Shown piece by piece: positions 39,870 to 50,735 of a DNA stretch of 64,000 bases. Position numbers and translations under genes: made by a program. Each line of letters starts with the position of its first letter. Within the stretch, counting starts at the first letter, position 1. The notes under the pieces were generated by a model. That model made no database searches and was not told where the DNA came from. It was given only the letters and a program-made list of their open reading frames with translations. The stretch comes from an uncultured candidatus Porisulfidus sp. GTDB taxonomy: Bacteria; Pseudomonadota; Gammaproteobacteria; Poriferisulfidales; Poriferisulfidaceae. The DNA lies in contig OZ241993.1 of assembly GCA_965204575.1 (NCBI GenBank), positions 704,001-768,000 on the forward strand, read 5' to 3'.

Positions 39870-40457
39870 TTAGAAAGCCAACCCCCCGTGGCCGAACGAT
39901 ACCATCGACATCAACATGGGGATCGACAGTAACGTGTTAGTCCGTGACGCTAGCATAGCAGTTTTCTTGGCTTTCGCCTTTTCCTCGTCGGTGGCTTCCA
40001 CCATGCCGAGGACCTTCTTCTGGTTGGGCCAGATCAGTCCCCACACATTGAGCAACATGATGGTGCCGAGCCAGACGCCAATGCCGATGTTCGGGTTGGC
40101 GAGCGTGAAAGCATTGCCAATGCCGATGCCCAGCATCTCCAGCGCGGCCGCGCCGGTCAGCCAGGTCAGCAGAGCCGCCCAGCGGAACCACAGCAGCGCC
40201 TGCGGCGCGATGTATTGGTTGATGGCCGCAGGTCCCGGGCCATCACTGTCCGCGATCGCTGCGGCGACCCCGGGGATCTGCACGAAGTTGAAGTAGTACA
40301 GCAGCCCGATCCAGATGATGCCGACGAAAACATGCGCCCAGACAACCAGCGAGATCCAGTTTAGGTCGATCTTCATGTCGACCAGCCAGCCAAGGACGAT
40401 TGCCAGGACCAGCCCGGAAATCAGGGTGCCTTTGACGGAAGTCAGAGGGTTTTTCAT
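39870..40457 (-). CDS. Urate oxidase N-terminal (PuuD-like) membrane protein
   Basis: WIGLLYYFNFVQ, LLWFRWAA, GTIMLLNVWGLIWPNQK and SRTNTLLSIPM. No cytochrome c domain. Confidence 0.82.
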   Translation of the reverse strand: MKNPLTSVKGTLISGLVLAIVLGWLVDMKIDLNWISLVVWAHVFVGIIWIGLLYYFNFVQIPGVAAAIADSDGPGPAAINQYIAPQALLWFRWAALLTWLTGAAALEMLGIGIGNAFTLANPNIGIGVWLGTIMLLNVWGLIWPNQKKVLGMVEATDEEKAKAKKTAMLASRTNTLLSIPMLMSMVSFGHGGLAF

Positions 40458-40496
40458 TGAGAGGTCTCCTGCGACATCGCGAACGTGTAGATTGTA

Positions 40497-41411
40497 TCAA
40501 ATGGCTTCCACATGTGCAGCGGATGTTGGGCGCTCAACGGTGGCGAACTCGGTTACATGAGGTTTCCCGACAAAAGCCACATAATTTGCAATAAGTGCCT
40601 CTTTCACTGAATTGCGATTTCTTTCAGATGCCCCAACATGGTAGAAGTGTTCTTTAGTGAGCACATGAAACTCGGACCATAAATCAGCAACGTACTGATT
40701 TTTTCGGTATCTATTGCTATGCCATGTGGACAGGAGAAATTTCGCACTAGATGCACGCAGTATGGCGAATAGCCGTTTTTCTTGTTCTTCTCCCCATCCG
40801 TTGTAGTAGTCGGTATGGCGATCTATGTACGGGGGGTCGCAGTAGATGAAGTCATTTGCAGAGGCTTTTTGGATTGCAGTCTCAAAAGAACATACCTCAA
40901 ACCTCCAGTCGGAGTTGTCGATGAATTCCTGAACCCACTTAATTTGGTTGGTGATTTTGGTTATGTAGGCTTGAGCAAAGCGGTTGGGTTTGTGTCCCCA
41001 TGGCACGTTGAACTTGCCTTTGCCGTTGAAGCGGATCATTCCATTGAAACAAGATCGATTCAAGAAAAGGAAATCCAGTGGATCATTCTTGTTGTTGAAC
41101 CTTTCTCGTATGTGATAGTAATGTTCTCCCCCTATTTCTTTCATATGCTTGCCTTCTTCCTCAAGGTACGCTTTGGCGATGGGCGGGGTGATGGAGTGTT
41201 TTTTGACCGCTTGGTAAAACGCGATCAGGTGGGGGTTGGTGTCACAGAAAAGAGCCTGCGAGGGAGCGATGTTGAAGCCGACCACGCCGGTTCCCATGAA
41301 TGGCTCAATCCATGTGCCTTTTCCATTCCAATCCAAAGCCTCACGGATCCACGGCACGAGTTTTGTCTTGATACCTTGTGACTTGATTGGCGGAACTTTG
41401 ACTGGATTCAT
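40497..41411 (-). CDS. Dam-family N6-adenine DNA methyltransferase, M.EcoRV-like
   Basis: [52 protein letters not shown] and [11 protein letters not shown], which I recognise as M.EcoRV-like segments. Confidence 0.93.
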   Translation of the reverse strand: MNPVKVPPIKSQGIKTKLVPWIREALDWNGKGTWIEPFMGTGVVGFNIAPSQALFCDTNPHLIAFYQAVKKHSITPPIAKAYLEEEGKHMKEIGGEHYYHIRERFNNKNDPLDFLFLNRSCFNGMIRFNGKGKFNVPWGHKPNRFAQAYITKITNQIKWVQEFIDNSDWRFEVCSFETAIQKASANDFIYCDPPYIDRHTDYYNGWGEEQEKRLFAILRASSAKFLLSTWHSNRYRKNQYVADLWSEFHVLTKEHFYHVGASERNRNSVKEALIANYVAFVGKPHVTEFATVERPTSAAHVEAI

Positions 41412-42259
41412 TTTTTTCGACTCGGTGGACGTTTTTCGACTACTTTGGAAAGGTCGCCCTCTCTGTGGACAACAAAATCCTTGAGTGACCTGATTGGCTG
41501 GCCACTTTCACTCGTGATTTCCCCATAGTTCATCCAATAATCATCGAACCATTTTTCCCCCAGTTTGTGAAACATGCCGTTTCCGGCTTTCATGTCCTCG
41601 ATGTGATTAATGCTGCCAATATTGGCGGTGTTTCCACTTCCGCTTTTATCACTTGCGATGCGCCACTTTTCCACCACGAAAAGTTCAAGATCCCGAATTG
41701 CCGATTCGATGGAATCTATCTCCACAACTGGGTAATGCTCAGGTCTTTCTACGTCTTGTTCTTCTTGGCGGTTGTAGATAATGCCCAGGCAAAAATGGCC
41801 AGAGTACTCGCTATATGGGAACTGAATGTTTTTTGTGCTGAGCCTATCGGTGAAATACTCTCCATGTGAGCCAAGGGTGAAACCATTGCAATATTCTGGA
41901 TTGTTAGGGAGCCTGTATGTGGTTTTAAAATCAAGAGCAAATTTAACACCAGTATTTTCGATGAAGGTAATGTCGGGATAGTAGTTTTGGTGATCTGCCA
42001 ATACTATTTCGTAGTCGTGTATCTTTGCAAAGTAAAACAAATATGGAAGGAGATGAATTTCCAATATCTTCGAAATTAATTTCGTGTCCGATGAGACCGT
42101 ATAGATACGGCGGTCCGCGTCAATAAATCCCTTAATAGCCCACTCTCCGCTTTCTGTCACAATTTGCGCGCTTAATTCGGTCGCGAAATCGGTGATCAAC
42201 CTGCCAAAGCGTTTTTTTGACGCTTCGACCGATTTTCCAGACTTCTTGGCTGATGCCAT
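41408..42259 (-). CDS. Type II restriction endonuclease, EcoRV-like
   Basis: [17 protein letters not shown]...ALDFKTTY (PD...DxK), FTLG and recognition loop [15 protein letters not shown] overlap with the methyltransferase. Confidence 0.92.
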   Translation of the reverse strand: MASAKKSGKSVEASKKRFGRLITDFATELSAQIVTESGEWAIKGFIDADRRIYTVSSDTKLISKILEIHLLPYLFYFAKIHDYEIVLADHQNYYPDITFIENTGVKFALDFKTTYRLPNNPEYCNGFTLGSHGEYFTDRLSTKNIQFPYSEYSGHFCLGIIYNRQEEQDVERPEHYPVVEIDSIESAIRDLELFVVEKWRIASDKSGSGNTANIGSINHIEDMKAGNGMFHKLGEKWFDDYWMNYGEITSESGQPIRSLKDFVVHREGDLSKVVEKRPPSRKK

Positions 42260-42338
42260 GTTGGTGCCCAATCGAGATAGAGGCTGTTTTCAATCGATTT
42301 GAACAAGGCCGACAGGGTGGGTAATTTCCCGTGACCAT

Positions 42339-42366
42339 AGTACCCTAAAGTTAGTGCCCTAAAGTT
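42339..42366. repeat. 14-bp tandem repeat upstream of the restriction gene
   Basis: AGTACCCTAAAGTT followed directly by AGTGCCCTAAAGTT (one mismatch). Confidence 0.6.
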
Positions 42367-42425
42367 TATCTTTGAATTTTCTGCCATTTGTTAAACTGCC
42401 ACGCAGTTCATCTTGGTGCAGACAG

Positions 42426-43961
42426 ATGGATCCCGTAGAACTTGCCGTATTTTCAAGCCGCATGGAAGCATTGTGCGAGGAGATGGGCGCGACTCTGCGC
42501 CGCTCGGCATTCTCGCCCAATATCCGGGATCGCCTGGATTTCTCCTGTGCGATCTTTGGCCGGGACGGTCGGCTCGTTGCGCAGGCAGCGCACATTCCGG
42601 TGCATCTGGGCAGCATGGCCTACGCCATGCAGGACTTGGTGGACCGCTTCGACTGGAGTGATGGCGACGCCGTCCTGCTCAATGATCCGTTTCTCGGAGG
42701 CACCCACCTGCCCGACATTACCGTGGTCACTCCGTGTTTCCTGGATGGCGAACCCCAGGGTTTTGCGGTGAACCGGGCGCATCATGCGGACGTCGGGGCC
42801 GAATCGCCCGGTTCCATGCCGACTTCGAGCCGGCTGGAAGAGGAAGGCCTGATCCTGCCGCCGCAACGGATTTGCCGGGACGGGCGTCTGGACGAGTCGA
42901 GAATCGAGACCATCGTAGGCGCGACGCGGGCACCACGGGATATGCGCGGCGATCTCCTGGCCCAGGTGCATGTGAACGACCGGGGCTGTGCACGCCTGCG
43001 GGAGCAGGTCGGCGAGATGGGAACAAAAGCCTATGCTCAAGCCTTGGAGGCATTGAACGACTACGGGCGGATCATTGCGCGCAACGCCCTGCGGGCCATC
43101 CCGGACGGAAGTTACGAGGCCACCGAGGTGATGGAGGATGATGGCCTGGGTCACGAGGATGTCCGCCTGCAGGTCCGGATTGAAGCTCAGGACGGCCGGG
43201 TCCGGGTCGATTTCGAGGGCACGGATGCGCAGGTGGAGGGCCCGATCAACTGCCCGATCTCGGTGACGGCCGCGGGAGTCTACTACTCGTTCCGCTGCCT
43301 GATGCCCGCATACACCCCGGCATGTGCCGGATGCTTCGACGCGATTGAATTGTCTGCCCCGGAAGGATGCCTGCTCAACGCGCAATCACCCGCAGCCGTG
43401 GCGGCCGGGAACGTCGAAACATCCATGCGCGTGGTGGATTTGGTCCTCGCGGCATTGCAGCAGGCTCTCCCCGAGCGCATTCCGGCGGCCAGCCAGGGCA
43501 CCATGAACAATTTCGCCGTCGGCCAAGATGGCGAGGTATCCTGGGCTTACTACGAAACCCTGGCCGGGGGAATGGGCGCCCACGGCAGAGGCCCCGGCCC
43601 GTCGGCCCGCCATTCGCACATGACCAACACCCTGAATACGCCGGTGGAAGTGGTAGAGCAGGTGTATCCGATGCGGGTACGTCGATATGCATTGCGCCGA
43701 GGTTCCGGCGGGCAGGGCCAGCACCCGGGCGGGAACGGGGTAATCCGGGAGTACGAATTCCGCACTCCGGCGCAGTTCAGCCTGCTGGCGGAACGCCGTC
43801 GCCGGGCACCGTCGGGCGCCGCCGGAGGCGCGGACGGTCAGGCTGGGCGCAATTGTCTCAACGGCGAAGATCTTCCCGGCAAATGCCAGCGTCAGGTCGA
43901 GGAGGGGGACCGGCTGGTGATCGAGACACCGGGGGCGGGTGGCTGGGGGGCCACGTCGTGA
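42426..43961 (+). CDS. Hydantoinase B / 5-oxoprolinase subunit family protein
   Basis: [60 protein letters not shown] and ETPGAGGWG. Confidence 0.93.
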   Translation: MDPVELAVFSSRMEALCEEMGATLRRSAFSPNIRDRLDFSCAIFGRDGRLVAQAAHIPVHLGSMAYAMQDLVDRFDWSDGDAVLLNDPFLGGTHLPDITVVTPCFLDGEPQGFAVNRAHHADVGAESPGSMPTSSRLEEEGLILPPQRICRDGRLDESRIETIVGATRAPRDMRGDLLAQVHVNDRGCARLREQVGEMGTKAYAQALEALNDYGRIIARNALRAIPDGSYEATEVMEDDGLGHEDVRLQVRIEAQDGRVRVDFEGTDAQVEGPINCPISVTAAGVYYSFRCLMPAYTPACAGCFDAIELSAPEGCLLNAQSPAAVAAGNVETSMRVVDLVLAALQQALPERIPAASQGTMNNFAVGQDGEVSWAYYETLAGGMGAHGRGPGPSARHSHMTNTLNTPVEVVEQVYPMRVRRYALRRGSGGQGQHPGGNGVIREYEFRTPAQFSLLAERRRRAPSGAAGGADGQAGRNCLNGEDLPGKCQRQVEEGDRLVIETPGAGGWGATS

Positions 43962-45430
43962 CCCGGGCGCTGTACACGGCGGAGCAGACCCGTGCCATCG
44001 ACCGGGATGCGATTGAACGCCGAGGCGTTCCCGGCCCTGAACTGATGGCGCGTGCGGCAGAAGCGGTCTGCCGGTTGATTCAGAAGGAATACCCGGAGAT
44101 CGAGCGGATCGTGGTCTATGCCGGGGTCGGCAACAATGCCGGGGACGGTTATCTCGTGGCTCGCCGGATGCAGGATCTTGGGAAATCCGTGCGCATCGTG
44201 CAGTTGGTTCCAAGCGAATCCCTGCAAGGCGATGCCGCGGCCGCTTGCGAGGAAGCAATGCGCGCCGAGGTTCCCATGCAACCGTTTGCGGAGGCGAATC
44301 CGGTCGACGAGGACCTGGTCGTGGATGCACTTCTGGGTACCGGCCTGTCCCGTCCGGTCGAGGGAGACTGGGCGGAAGCCGTGGATCACATCAACCGGTC
44401 GAATGCGGGTGTCGTGTCCGTGGACATCCCGTCCGGTCTGGATGCGGACACCGGGGTGGCGGATCCGCAAACCGTGAAGGCCGATCACACAGTGACCTTC
44501 ATCGCGCGCAAGCGCGGGTTGTACACCGCGGATGGACCGGACTGTGCCGGTTGGGTGACTTACGACGACCTGGAAGTGGAATCCGACAGTTCTTCGACAG
44601 TCGTGCTGTGCGATTGGGCAGAGATCCGCCGGGACCTGCCCCGGCGTCGCCGGAGTTCGCACAAGAACGAGTTTGGGCACGTACTGGTGATCGGCGGGCA
44701 TGTCGGTTATCAGGGCGCAGCCGAACTGTGCGGCATCACTGCCTTGCGTTGCGGGAGCGGCTTGGTGAGCCTTGTCCAGCCGCCGGAAGCTTTGAAGATG
44801 CGTTCTCCGATGCCGGAATTGATGTGCCATGCGATGGCGAACCGGCGGGCTCTCCGGGATCTGGCGGGCCGGGCTTCGGTGATCGCCATTGGGCCCGGGC
44901 TTGGACGGGATGCCTGGGCGCAGGACATGCTCGGGGCGGTTCTTGAGATGTCCTGCCCTCGGGTGATCGATGCGGATGCGCTTCGCCTGCTGGCTGCCGA
45001 CCCTTGCAAGAATTTGTCTGGAGATTGGGTCCTGACTCCGCATCCGGGAGAAGCGGCAGCATTGCTAGACACGAAGACCGCGGAAATCCAGAAGGACCGA
45101 TTCTCGGCAGTCGGGCGCATTCAGGAAACCTACGGAGGTGCCATCGTCCTCAAAGGGTGTGGCACGCTCGTCGCCGATGCCGACGGAGGAGTCGGCGTTT
45201 GCGCCGGCGGCAACCCCGGCATGGCGACGGCCGGGATGGGCGATGTGCTGACCGGTGTCATTGCCTCCCTGGTGGGCCAAGGCCTGGACATCGGGTCCGC
45301 GGCTCTTGCCGGGACCTGCCTGCACGCGGCAGCGGGCGACCTGGCCTGCGAGCGCGGGATGCACGGCATGACGGCCAGTGATTTGCTGCCCCACCTTCGG
45401 GCACTGTCGGATCCTCCGGATGCTGTTTGA
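43958..45430 (+). CDS. nnr: Bifunctional NAD(P)H-hydrate epimerase/dehydratase
   Basis: GNNAGDG, DALLGTG, VDIPSG, HKNEFG, IGPGLG, DADAL, TPHPGE and GMGDVLTG. GTG start overlaps the upstream stop. Confidence 0.93.
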   Translation: MTRALYTAEQTRAIDRDAIERRGVPGPELMARAAEAVCRLIQKEYPEIERIVVYAGVGNNAGDGYLVARRMQDLGKSVRIVQLVPSESLQGDAAAACEEAMRAEVPMQPFAEANPVDEDLVVDALLGTGLSRPVEGDWAEAVDHINRSNAGVVSVDIPSGLDADTGVADPQTVKADHTVTFIARKRGLYTADGPDCAGWVTYDDLEVESDSSSTVVLCDWAEIRRDLPRRRRSSHKNEFGHVLVIGGHVGYQGAAELCGITALRCGSGLVSLVQPPEALKMRSPMPELMCHAMANRRALRDLAGRASVIAIGPGLGRDAWAQDMLGAVLEMSCPRVIDADALRLLAADPCKNLSGDWVLTPHPGEAAALLDTKTAEIQKDRFSAVGRIQETYGGAIVLKGCGTLVADADGGVGVCAGGNPGMATAGMGDVLTGVIASLVGQGLDIGSAALAGTCLHAAAGDLACERGMHGMTASDLLPHLRALSDPPDAV

Positions 45431-45899
45431 TTTCGCAACGCAGGATCAGACCGAGGCTCATGCCGCCGCAACGGCCCGAGCGCTGGATGCCCCGTGCGTG
45501 TTCGCCCTCCGTGGCCCGCTCGGCGCGGGCAAGACGACCTGGGTCCGGGCTTTCCTGCGGGCTCTTGGGCATGACGGCGTCGTGCCGAGTCCCACCTACA
45601 CCTTGGTGGAGCCCTACGAGACAGGCGGGATGAAGGTCTGGCATGTGGACTTGTATCGCCTTCAGGATCCCCTTGAGCTGGAGGCGCTGGGAGTCCGGGA
45701 ACTGTTGGACGGCAACGCGGTGATGCTGGTGGAATGGCCGGAGCGATGGCCCGAGATCGAAGCCCGGTCGGACATCAGCCTGGACTTCCGGCATGGGGAT
45801 TCGGAGTCGGCGCGGCAACTCAAGGTGGATGCCGCAAGCGAGCGTGGGCAGGGTTTGCTGGAGCGGTCGGAATTGCGAAAAATTGAAACTCAAACATAA
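45420..45899 (+). CDS. tsaE: tRNA threonylcarbamoyladenosine biosynthesis ATPase
   Basis: GPLGAGKTT, SPTYTLVEPY, HVDLYRL and VEWPE. Confidence 0.95.
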   Translation: MLFDFATQDQTEAHAAATARALDAPCVFALRGPLGAGKTTWVRAFLRALGHDGVVPSPTYTLVEPYETGGMKVWHVDLYRLQDPLELEALGVRELLDGNAVMLVEWPERWPEIEARSDISLDFRHGDSESARQLKVDAASERGQGLLERSELRKIETQT

Positions 45900-45908
45900 T
45901 ATAAGCCC

Positions 45909-47099
45909 ATGCTGAATCGCCGAAGATTCCTCAGTCTGCTGGCGTTGCTGCCACTGGGTTTGCCGACCGCCGTATCAGCGGCGAGGCGGTTGGTGGCGCT
46001 GCGCCAAAGCGTGAACAAGCAGCGCAACCGGATCGTGTTCGAGTTCGACGGGAAGGTCGAAATCGAGAGAAAGTTTGGCATCAAGAACCCGCCGCGCTAT
46101 GTCCTGGACGTCAAGCGGGCGAAGATCTCGAAATCCGTCCCCAAGTCTCCGCGCTTCGACCGCAACGGCATCGTCAAGGGCCTGCGTTCGAATGTCTCGA
46201 AGGACGGAACCCTCCGGCTGGTGCTGGACCTGAAGCGTTCGGCACCTGTGGATGTCAGCAAGTGGCCGACCCCCGACGGGAAGGGGGATCGGGTCGTGGT
46301 GGATTTCTTGGGGTCGTTCGTCGCGCCCAAGCCCTCCAAAAAGCCTTCGACTTCTTCGAAAAAACCTTCCGGTCGCGCACCCACCCCATCGATTTCGGGT
46401 CGGTCACGACGCCTGGTCGTGGCGATTGATCCCGGGCATGGCGGAAAGGATCCCGGCGCAGTCGGCAAGGGCCGGACGCGCGAGAAGGACGTGGTGCTGT
46501 CGATTTCGAAGAGGCTCTACAACCTGCTCAAGGCGGATCCCCGGATCACACCGTATCTGACCCGTGACCGGGATGTCTTCCTGCGTTTGAACCGGCGCAC
46601 CCGGATTGCGCGCGGCAAGAAGGCCGACCTGTTCGTCTCGGTGCACGCGGATGCGGCGCGCCGACGGAGCGCACGCGGGGCATCTGTTTACGCGGTCTCC
46701 ACGAAGGGGTCCAGCAGTTCCCACGCGCGGTGGCTCGCAAACCGGGAAAACGCGGCGGACCTGAAAGGGGGCATCGAGATATCGGGCCGGGACCCGGACG
46801 TGCAGGACGTACTGCTATCCATGTCCCGCAATGCCGTTCAGGAGTACAGCCTGCATGCGGGGGAGTTGATGGTGAGTTCGCTGAAACGAGTTGGAAAGAT
46901 GCACAGCCAACGAGTCGAACGGGCTGGGTTTGCGGTGCTGAAGTCGCCCGACATCCCTTCGATCCTGGTGGAAACCGGCTTTATTTCCAATGTCCACGAG
47001 GAGAAGCTCCTGCGTACCAAGAAACACCAGCGCCGCGTCGCGCTGGCCTTGCGCAGCGGCATCCGGAATTATTTCAACAAGGTGCCGGAGTACGGTTGA
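45909..47099 (+). CDS. N-acetylmuramoyl-L-alanine amidase with AMIN domain and Tat signal
   Basis: NRRRFL twin-arginine leader, PPRYVLD, IDPGHGGKDPGA, FVSVHAD and SILVETGFISN. Confidence 0.93.
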   Translation: MLNRRRFLSLLALLPLGLPTAVSAARRLVALRQSVNKQRNRIVFEFDGKVEIERKFGIKNPPRYVLDVKRAKISKSVPKSPRFDRNGIVKGLRSNVSKDGTLRLVLDLKRSAPVDVSKWPTPDGKGDRVVVDFLGSFVAPKPSKKPSTSSKKPSGRAPTPSISGRSRRLVVAIDPGHGGKDPGAVGKGRTREKDVVLSISKRLYNLLKADPRITPYLTRDRDVFLRLNRRTRIARGKKADLFVSVHADAARRRSARGASVYAVSTKGSSSSHARWLANRENAADLKGGIEISGRDPDVQDVLLSMSRNAVQEYSLHAGELMVSSLKRVGKMHSQRVERAGFAVLKSPDIPSILVETGFISNVHEEKLLRTKKHQRRVALALRSGIRNYFNKVPEYG

Positions 47100-47120
47100 C
47101 CGGAATTTCCCGGTCGGCCT

Positions 47121-47945
47121 TCATGCGTCGAAGTAGCCGAACCACAATCCCGGCAAGTCTCCCTCGGCTTCCGCCAGGTGCAGTTCCACGAGTTTGAGTG
47201 AGTCGGCCTGCGAGGCCGGCAGGAATGACCCGACCGTCAATGCGGGATGCCCGCCGTGCAGCCGGTGCAACCAAGTCAGGTACAGGCGGTTGACTTGGCC
47301 GGATTGCATCAGGATGCCGTTCATCCGGGGACCGCAGAACAGGTATGCCGTCCGCGCACCGAGCTCCTTCAGATGGGCGACGACCGTCTCGCTTCCGACC
47401 CAGTCGGCCTCATCACCGAGAATTACGTCGACGCCTTGTTCGCGCAGTTCGGCGGCTCGCTGTTCCGGGGCATTTGCCGGTGCCAAGACACGCAGGACTT
47501 GGCGATGCTCGGCGACGGATGCCGGAATCTGGAAATCCAGGCTCCGGCTGACCACCAGCACGGTGGGGAAAAGTGAGTCGTGATTCCGCGTGCGGTAGTC
47601 GAGCAGGTCTTGGAATTCCGGTGTTTGCGGCAATTGCAGCAGATTCCCGAGGCTGCCGCGTTCCAGGTCGCGCAGGTAGCCGCCGCTGGTGATCAGGCAG
47701 TCGGCCTGGGCCATGAGTTCGCACAGGAGCCTCAGGTCGCGCGGGTCGGTCAGGGTTGCGGGATGTGTCCAGCTGCCTTGGCCGTCGTCGATTGCGATGG
47801 CGCCATTGAGGCTCATGATGAAGCTGCTGTAGATGTACGGTTGATCGGCTTCTGCCTGTTCGACAAGCCGGTGTCCAAGACACAGGCCTGACAATGGATG
47901 GCGGGCGGCATCCGGCGGATATAAACGGGTCAGGGAGGTCGGCAT
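47121..47945 (-). CDS. RibD C-terminal/dihydrofolate reductase-like domain protein
   Basis: PYIYSSFIMSLNGAIA, DLRLLCELMAQAD, VSRSLD and VNRLYLT. Confidence 0.75.
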   Translation of the reverse strand: MPTSLTRLYPPDAARHPLSGLCLGHRLVEQAEADQPYIYSSFIMSLNGAIAIDDGQGSWTHPATLTDPRDLRLLCELMAQADCLITSGGYLRDLERGSLGNLLQLPQTPEFQDLLDYRTRNHDSLFPTVLVVSRSLDFQIPASVAEHRQVLRVLAPANAPEQRAAELREQGVDVILGDEADWVGSETVVAHLKELGARTAYLFCGPRMNGILMQSGQVNRLYLTWLHRLHGGHPALTVGSFLPASQADSLKLVELHLAEAEGDLPGLWFGYFDA

Positions 47946-48003
47946 GGCGGGCATCCCCGTACAATATACAGGAGATTTTTACGCTGCCGCGCACGGAAAT
48001 ACC

Positions 48004-49305
48004 TTGGATTCATTTGACCTGAGAGGGTTTCGCGATACCGCGCCCTACGTGCACGCCCACCGTGGGCGGACGTTCGTCCTGTGCCTGGACAGTGCGGTGC
48101 TGGAGCATCCTGGCGAAGACACGTTGTTGCAGGATATCGCGCAACTGCAGGCGCTGGGAATCCGGTTGGTGCTGGTATTCGGTGCACGTTGCCGGATTGA
48201 TCGGCGGCTTCCGAACTCCGATTTTCATAACGGTTGCCGAATCACCCGGGCCTCGGACATGCCCGTGGTGCTGGAGACGGTTGGAGCCTTGCAGTCCGAA
48301 ATCCAGGCGCGCCTGTCGCGGGGGTTGATGAACACGCCGATGGCCGGCATGCGGCTGCGCGTCCTGACCGGCAACCTGGTGGCCGCCCGGCCCCGCGGGG
48401 TTCATGACGGGGTGGATTTCGAGCATACCGGCGAAGTGCGGCGGGTTGCCGCCAATGCGGTCGAAAACCTGTTGCAACAGGACGCCATCGTCCTGATTCC
48501 GCCGCTCGGCTACTCGGCGACCGGCGAGACATTCAATCTCAATGCTGCGGCATTGGCCTGCACGGTAGCCCAGTCCATTTCTGCGGACAAATTGATCTAC
48601 CTGCATGCGGAGCCGGTCTTGCGGACTCGCCGTGGCCTGATCCGGCAAATGACCTCAAGCGAAGCGCTTGCATTGATTCGCAGGCGCAAGCTCAGTCCCG
48701 TTCAGCGCCAGATGCTTCAGGGTGCCGTGGATGCCAGCCTGTCTTCGGTGGGCCGGATTCACTTGTTGGACGTACGCCGTGATGGCGTATTGCTGCAGGA
48801 ACTGTTCACCCGGACCGGTGCCGGGGTCATGGTCACGCGCACCGAGGCCTATGCGCCCCGGCAGGCGGAGATCGCAGATATCGGCGGCATCATGGGCTTG
48901 CTGAACCCGCTGGTCAGACAAGGTGTTCTGGCGGGGCGAACCCGGGAAGAGTTGGAATTGCGCATCCACAATTTCCGCGTGATCGAACTGGACGGGCTGA
49001 TCACGGCCTGCGCCTGCCTGCATCCGATCAGCGAAACCCATGCGGAACTGATCTGCCTCGCGGTTCATCCGGAATACCAGGGCCAGGGGTTCGGGCATGC
49101 CCTGCTGGACGATGCGGAGACCCGTGCGTTCGAGAACGGCTTCCGGCAGATCTACGTCTTGACCACGCGGGCCATGCACTGGTTCCGAGAGCAGGGGTTC
49201 CGGCCTTCCTCGCCGCGTTCCCTGCCGGTGGCACGACGGAAGTTCTACAACAACCAGCGCAATGCCAGGGTGCTGGCCAAGGTTCTGGAGGATCGGCATG
49301 GGTGA
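48004..49305 (+). CDS. argA: Amino-acid N-acetyltransferase (N-acetylglutamate synthase)
   Basis: FRDTAPYVHAHRGRTFV, DGVDFEHTGEVR, GYSATGETFNL, ELFTRTG and a C-terminal GNAT domain. TTG 48004 inferred as start (ATG 47944 possible). Confidence 0.93.
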   Translation: MDSFDLRGFRDTAPYVHAHRGRTFVLCLDSAVLEHPGEDTLLQDIAQLQALGIRLVLVFGARCRIDRRLPNSDFHNGCRITRASDMPVVLETVGALQSEIQARLSRGLMNTPMAGMRLRVLTGNLVAARPRGVHDGVDFEHTGEVRRVAANAVENLLQQDAIVLIPPLGYSATGETFNLNAAALACTVAQSISADKLIYLHAEPVLRTRRGLIRQMTSSEALALIRRRKLSPVQRQMLQGAVDASLSSVGRIHLLDVRRDGVLLQELFTRTGAGVMVTRTEAYAPRQAEIADIGGIMGLLNPLVRQGVLAGRTREELELRIHNFRVIELDGLITACACLHPISETHAELICLAVHPEYQGQGFGHALLDDAETRAFENGFRQIYVLTTRAMHWFREQGFRPSSPRSLPVARRKFYNNQRNARVLAKVLEDRHG

Positions 49306-50728
49306 CGAGATCCGCACGGACCAGTTCAGCGAATCCGACGCGAAGCGTTTCCGGCGTGCGCTGGAGCGCGAAACCGAATTGCTCGGCCGTTGGTTCCGGG
49401 ACCGGCATTTCGACGATCAGACGTACCAGGTCGGCTTCGAGTTGGAAACTTGGCTGATCGACCTGGACTGCCACCCGCTGCCGCACAACGATGCCTACCT
49501 GGAGCGGTACAACGACCCGCTCTGCCTGCCGGAACTGTCGCGGTTCAACGTCGAGTTCAACACGCCGCACACCCAGGTGGGCTCTGGCATGCTGTCCCTT
49601 CTCCATCGGCAGTTGGACGAGTCCTGGACGCGTGCGACGGAAGTGGCGGAGTCCATGGACATGCGGCTCGGCATGATCGGCATCCTGCCGACCGTGCAGG
49701 AGAGCGACCTGACGGTCGACAGCATGAGCCAGCTGAAGCGCTACCGGGCGCTCAACGAGCGCGTCATGGACCTGCGCAAGAATCGTCCGCTGCAGATCGA
49801 CATCCGTGGGCGGGATCACTTGTTCAGCCTGCACGAGGATGTGATGCTGGAATCCGCTTGCACCTCGTTCCAGGTTCACCTCCAGGTTCCCCAATCGCGG
49901 ACGGTCGCCGCCTACAACGCCTCGATGGCCCTGTCCGCGGCCACGGTCGCCATGTCCTGCAACGCGCCGTTCCTGTTCGGAAGGGATCTGTGGGACGAGA
50001 CCCGGGTGCCGCTGTTCGAGCAGTCGGTCAGTTTGTCCACGTTTGCCGGCCAGACCCACCAGCGCATTGGGCGGGTCGGTTGCGGCAGCGGTTGCGCGCG
50101 TGAATCGCTGTTCGAGTTCTTCGAGGAGAACCTGAACGTTTTCCCGGTCATTCTGCCGCAGCCTTTCCAGTCGGAGAACGAGCAGTTCATGCATCTGAAG
50201 CTCCACAACGGCACGATCTGGCGCTGGAACCGCCCGCTGATCGGAAGCGAGAACGGCGTGCCGCATTTGCGCATCGAACACCGGGTCATGCCTTCGGGGC
50301 CGACCGGGATCGACATGATTGCGAACGTGGCGTTCTGGGTGGGCGCAATGATGGCGGCCCTGGAAGGGGGAGAAGGAGCCGTTTTGGACATCCCGTTCGC
50401 AACGGCGCGGGAGAACTTCTACCGGGCAGCTTGCACCGGCCTTGATACCAAGATCACTTGGGGTGATGGCGCCGAGCACCCGATTTCGGAGTTGATTCTG
50501 GAGACTTTGCTGCCGATGGCACGCCGGGGATTGAAGGCCAGCGGCCTCAGCGAATCGGAATCAGACCGCTATCTCGATATCATTGAAGCACGCGTGGAGA
50601 AAGGGCGGACTGGTGCACGCTGGATGCGCGCCTGGCGTTATTCTCACGATGGAAACATGCGATCCCTGGTCGGTGCCTACCTGACGCGCCAGCAGAGCGG
50701 AGTGCCGGTGCACGAGTGGCCGCTGTGA
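49298..50728 (+). CDS. Glutamate--cysteine ligase family (GCS2-like) protein
   Basis: VGFELE, ELSRFNVEFN, GILPT, ESACTSFQVHLQ, HNGTIWRWNRP and HLRIEHR. Confidence 0.85.
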   Translation: MGDEIRTDQFSESDAKRFRRALERETELLGRWFRDRHFDDQTYQVGFELETWLIDLDCHPLPHNDAYLERYNDPLCLPELSRFNVEFNTPHTQVGSGMLSLLHRQLDESWTRATEVAESMDMRLGMIGILPTVQESDLTVDSMSQLKRYRALNERVMDLRKNRPLQIDIRGRDHLFSLHEDVMLESACTSFQVHLQVPQSRTVAAYNASMALSAATVAMSCNAPFLFGRDLWDETRVPLFEQSVSLSTFAGQTHQRIGRVGCGSGCARESLFEFFEENLNVFPVILPQPFQSENEQFMHLKLHNGTIWRWNRPLIGSENGVPHLRIEHRVMPSGPTGIDMIANVAFWVGAMMAALEGGEGAVLDIPFATARENFYRAACTGLDTKITWGDGAEHPISELILETLLPMARRGLKASGLSESESDRYLDIIEARVEKGRTGARWMRAWRYSHDGNMRSLVGAYLTRQQSGVPVHEWPL

Positions 50729-50735
50729 GCGAGTC

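Noticed and set aside
42196-42387. 63-aa ORF upstream of the restriction gene as a controller (C) protein
   Set aside because: No helix-turn-helix pattern.
43367-43957. Long N-terminal extension of nnr
   Set aside because: It overlaps the hydantoinase B gene; similarity to Nnr begins at GTG 43958.
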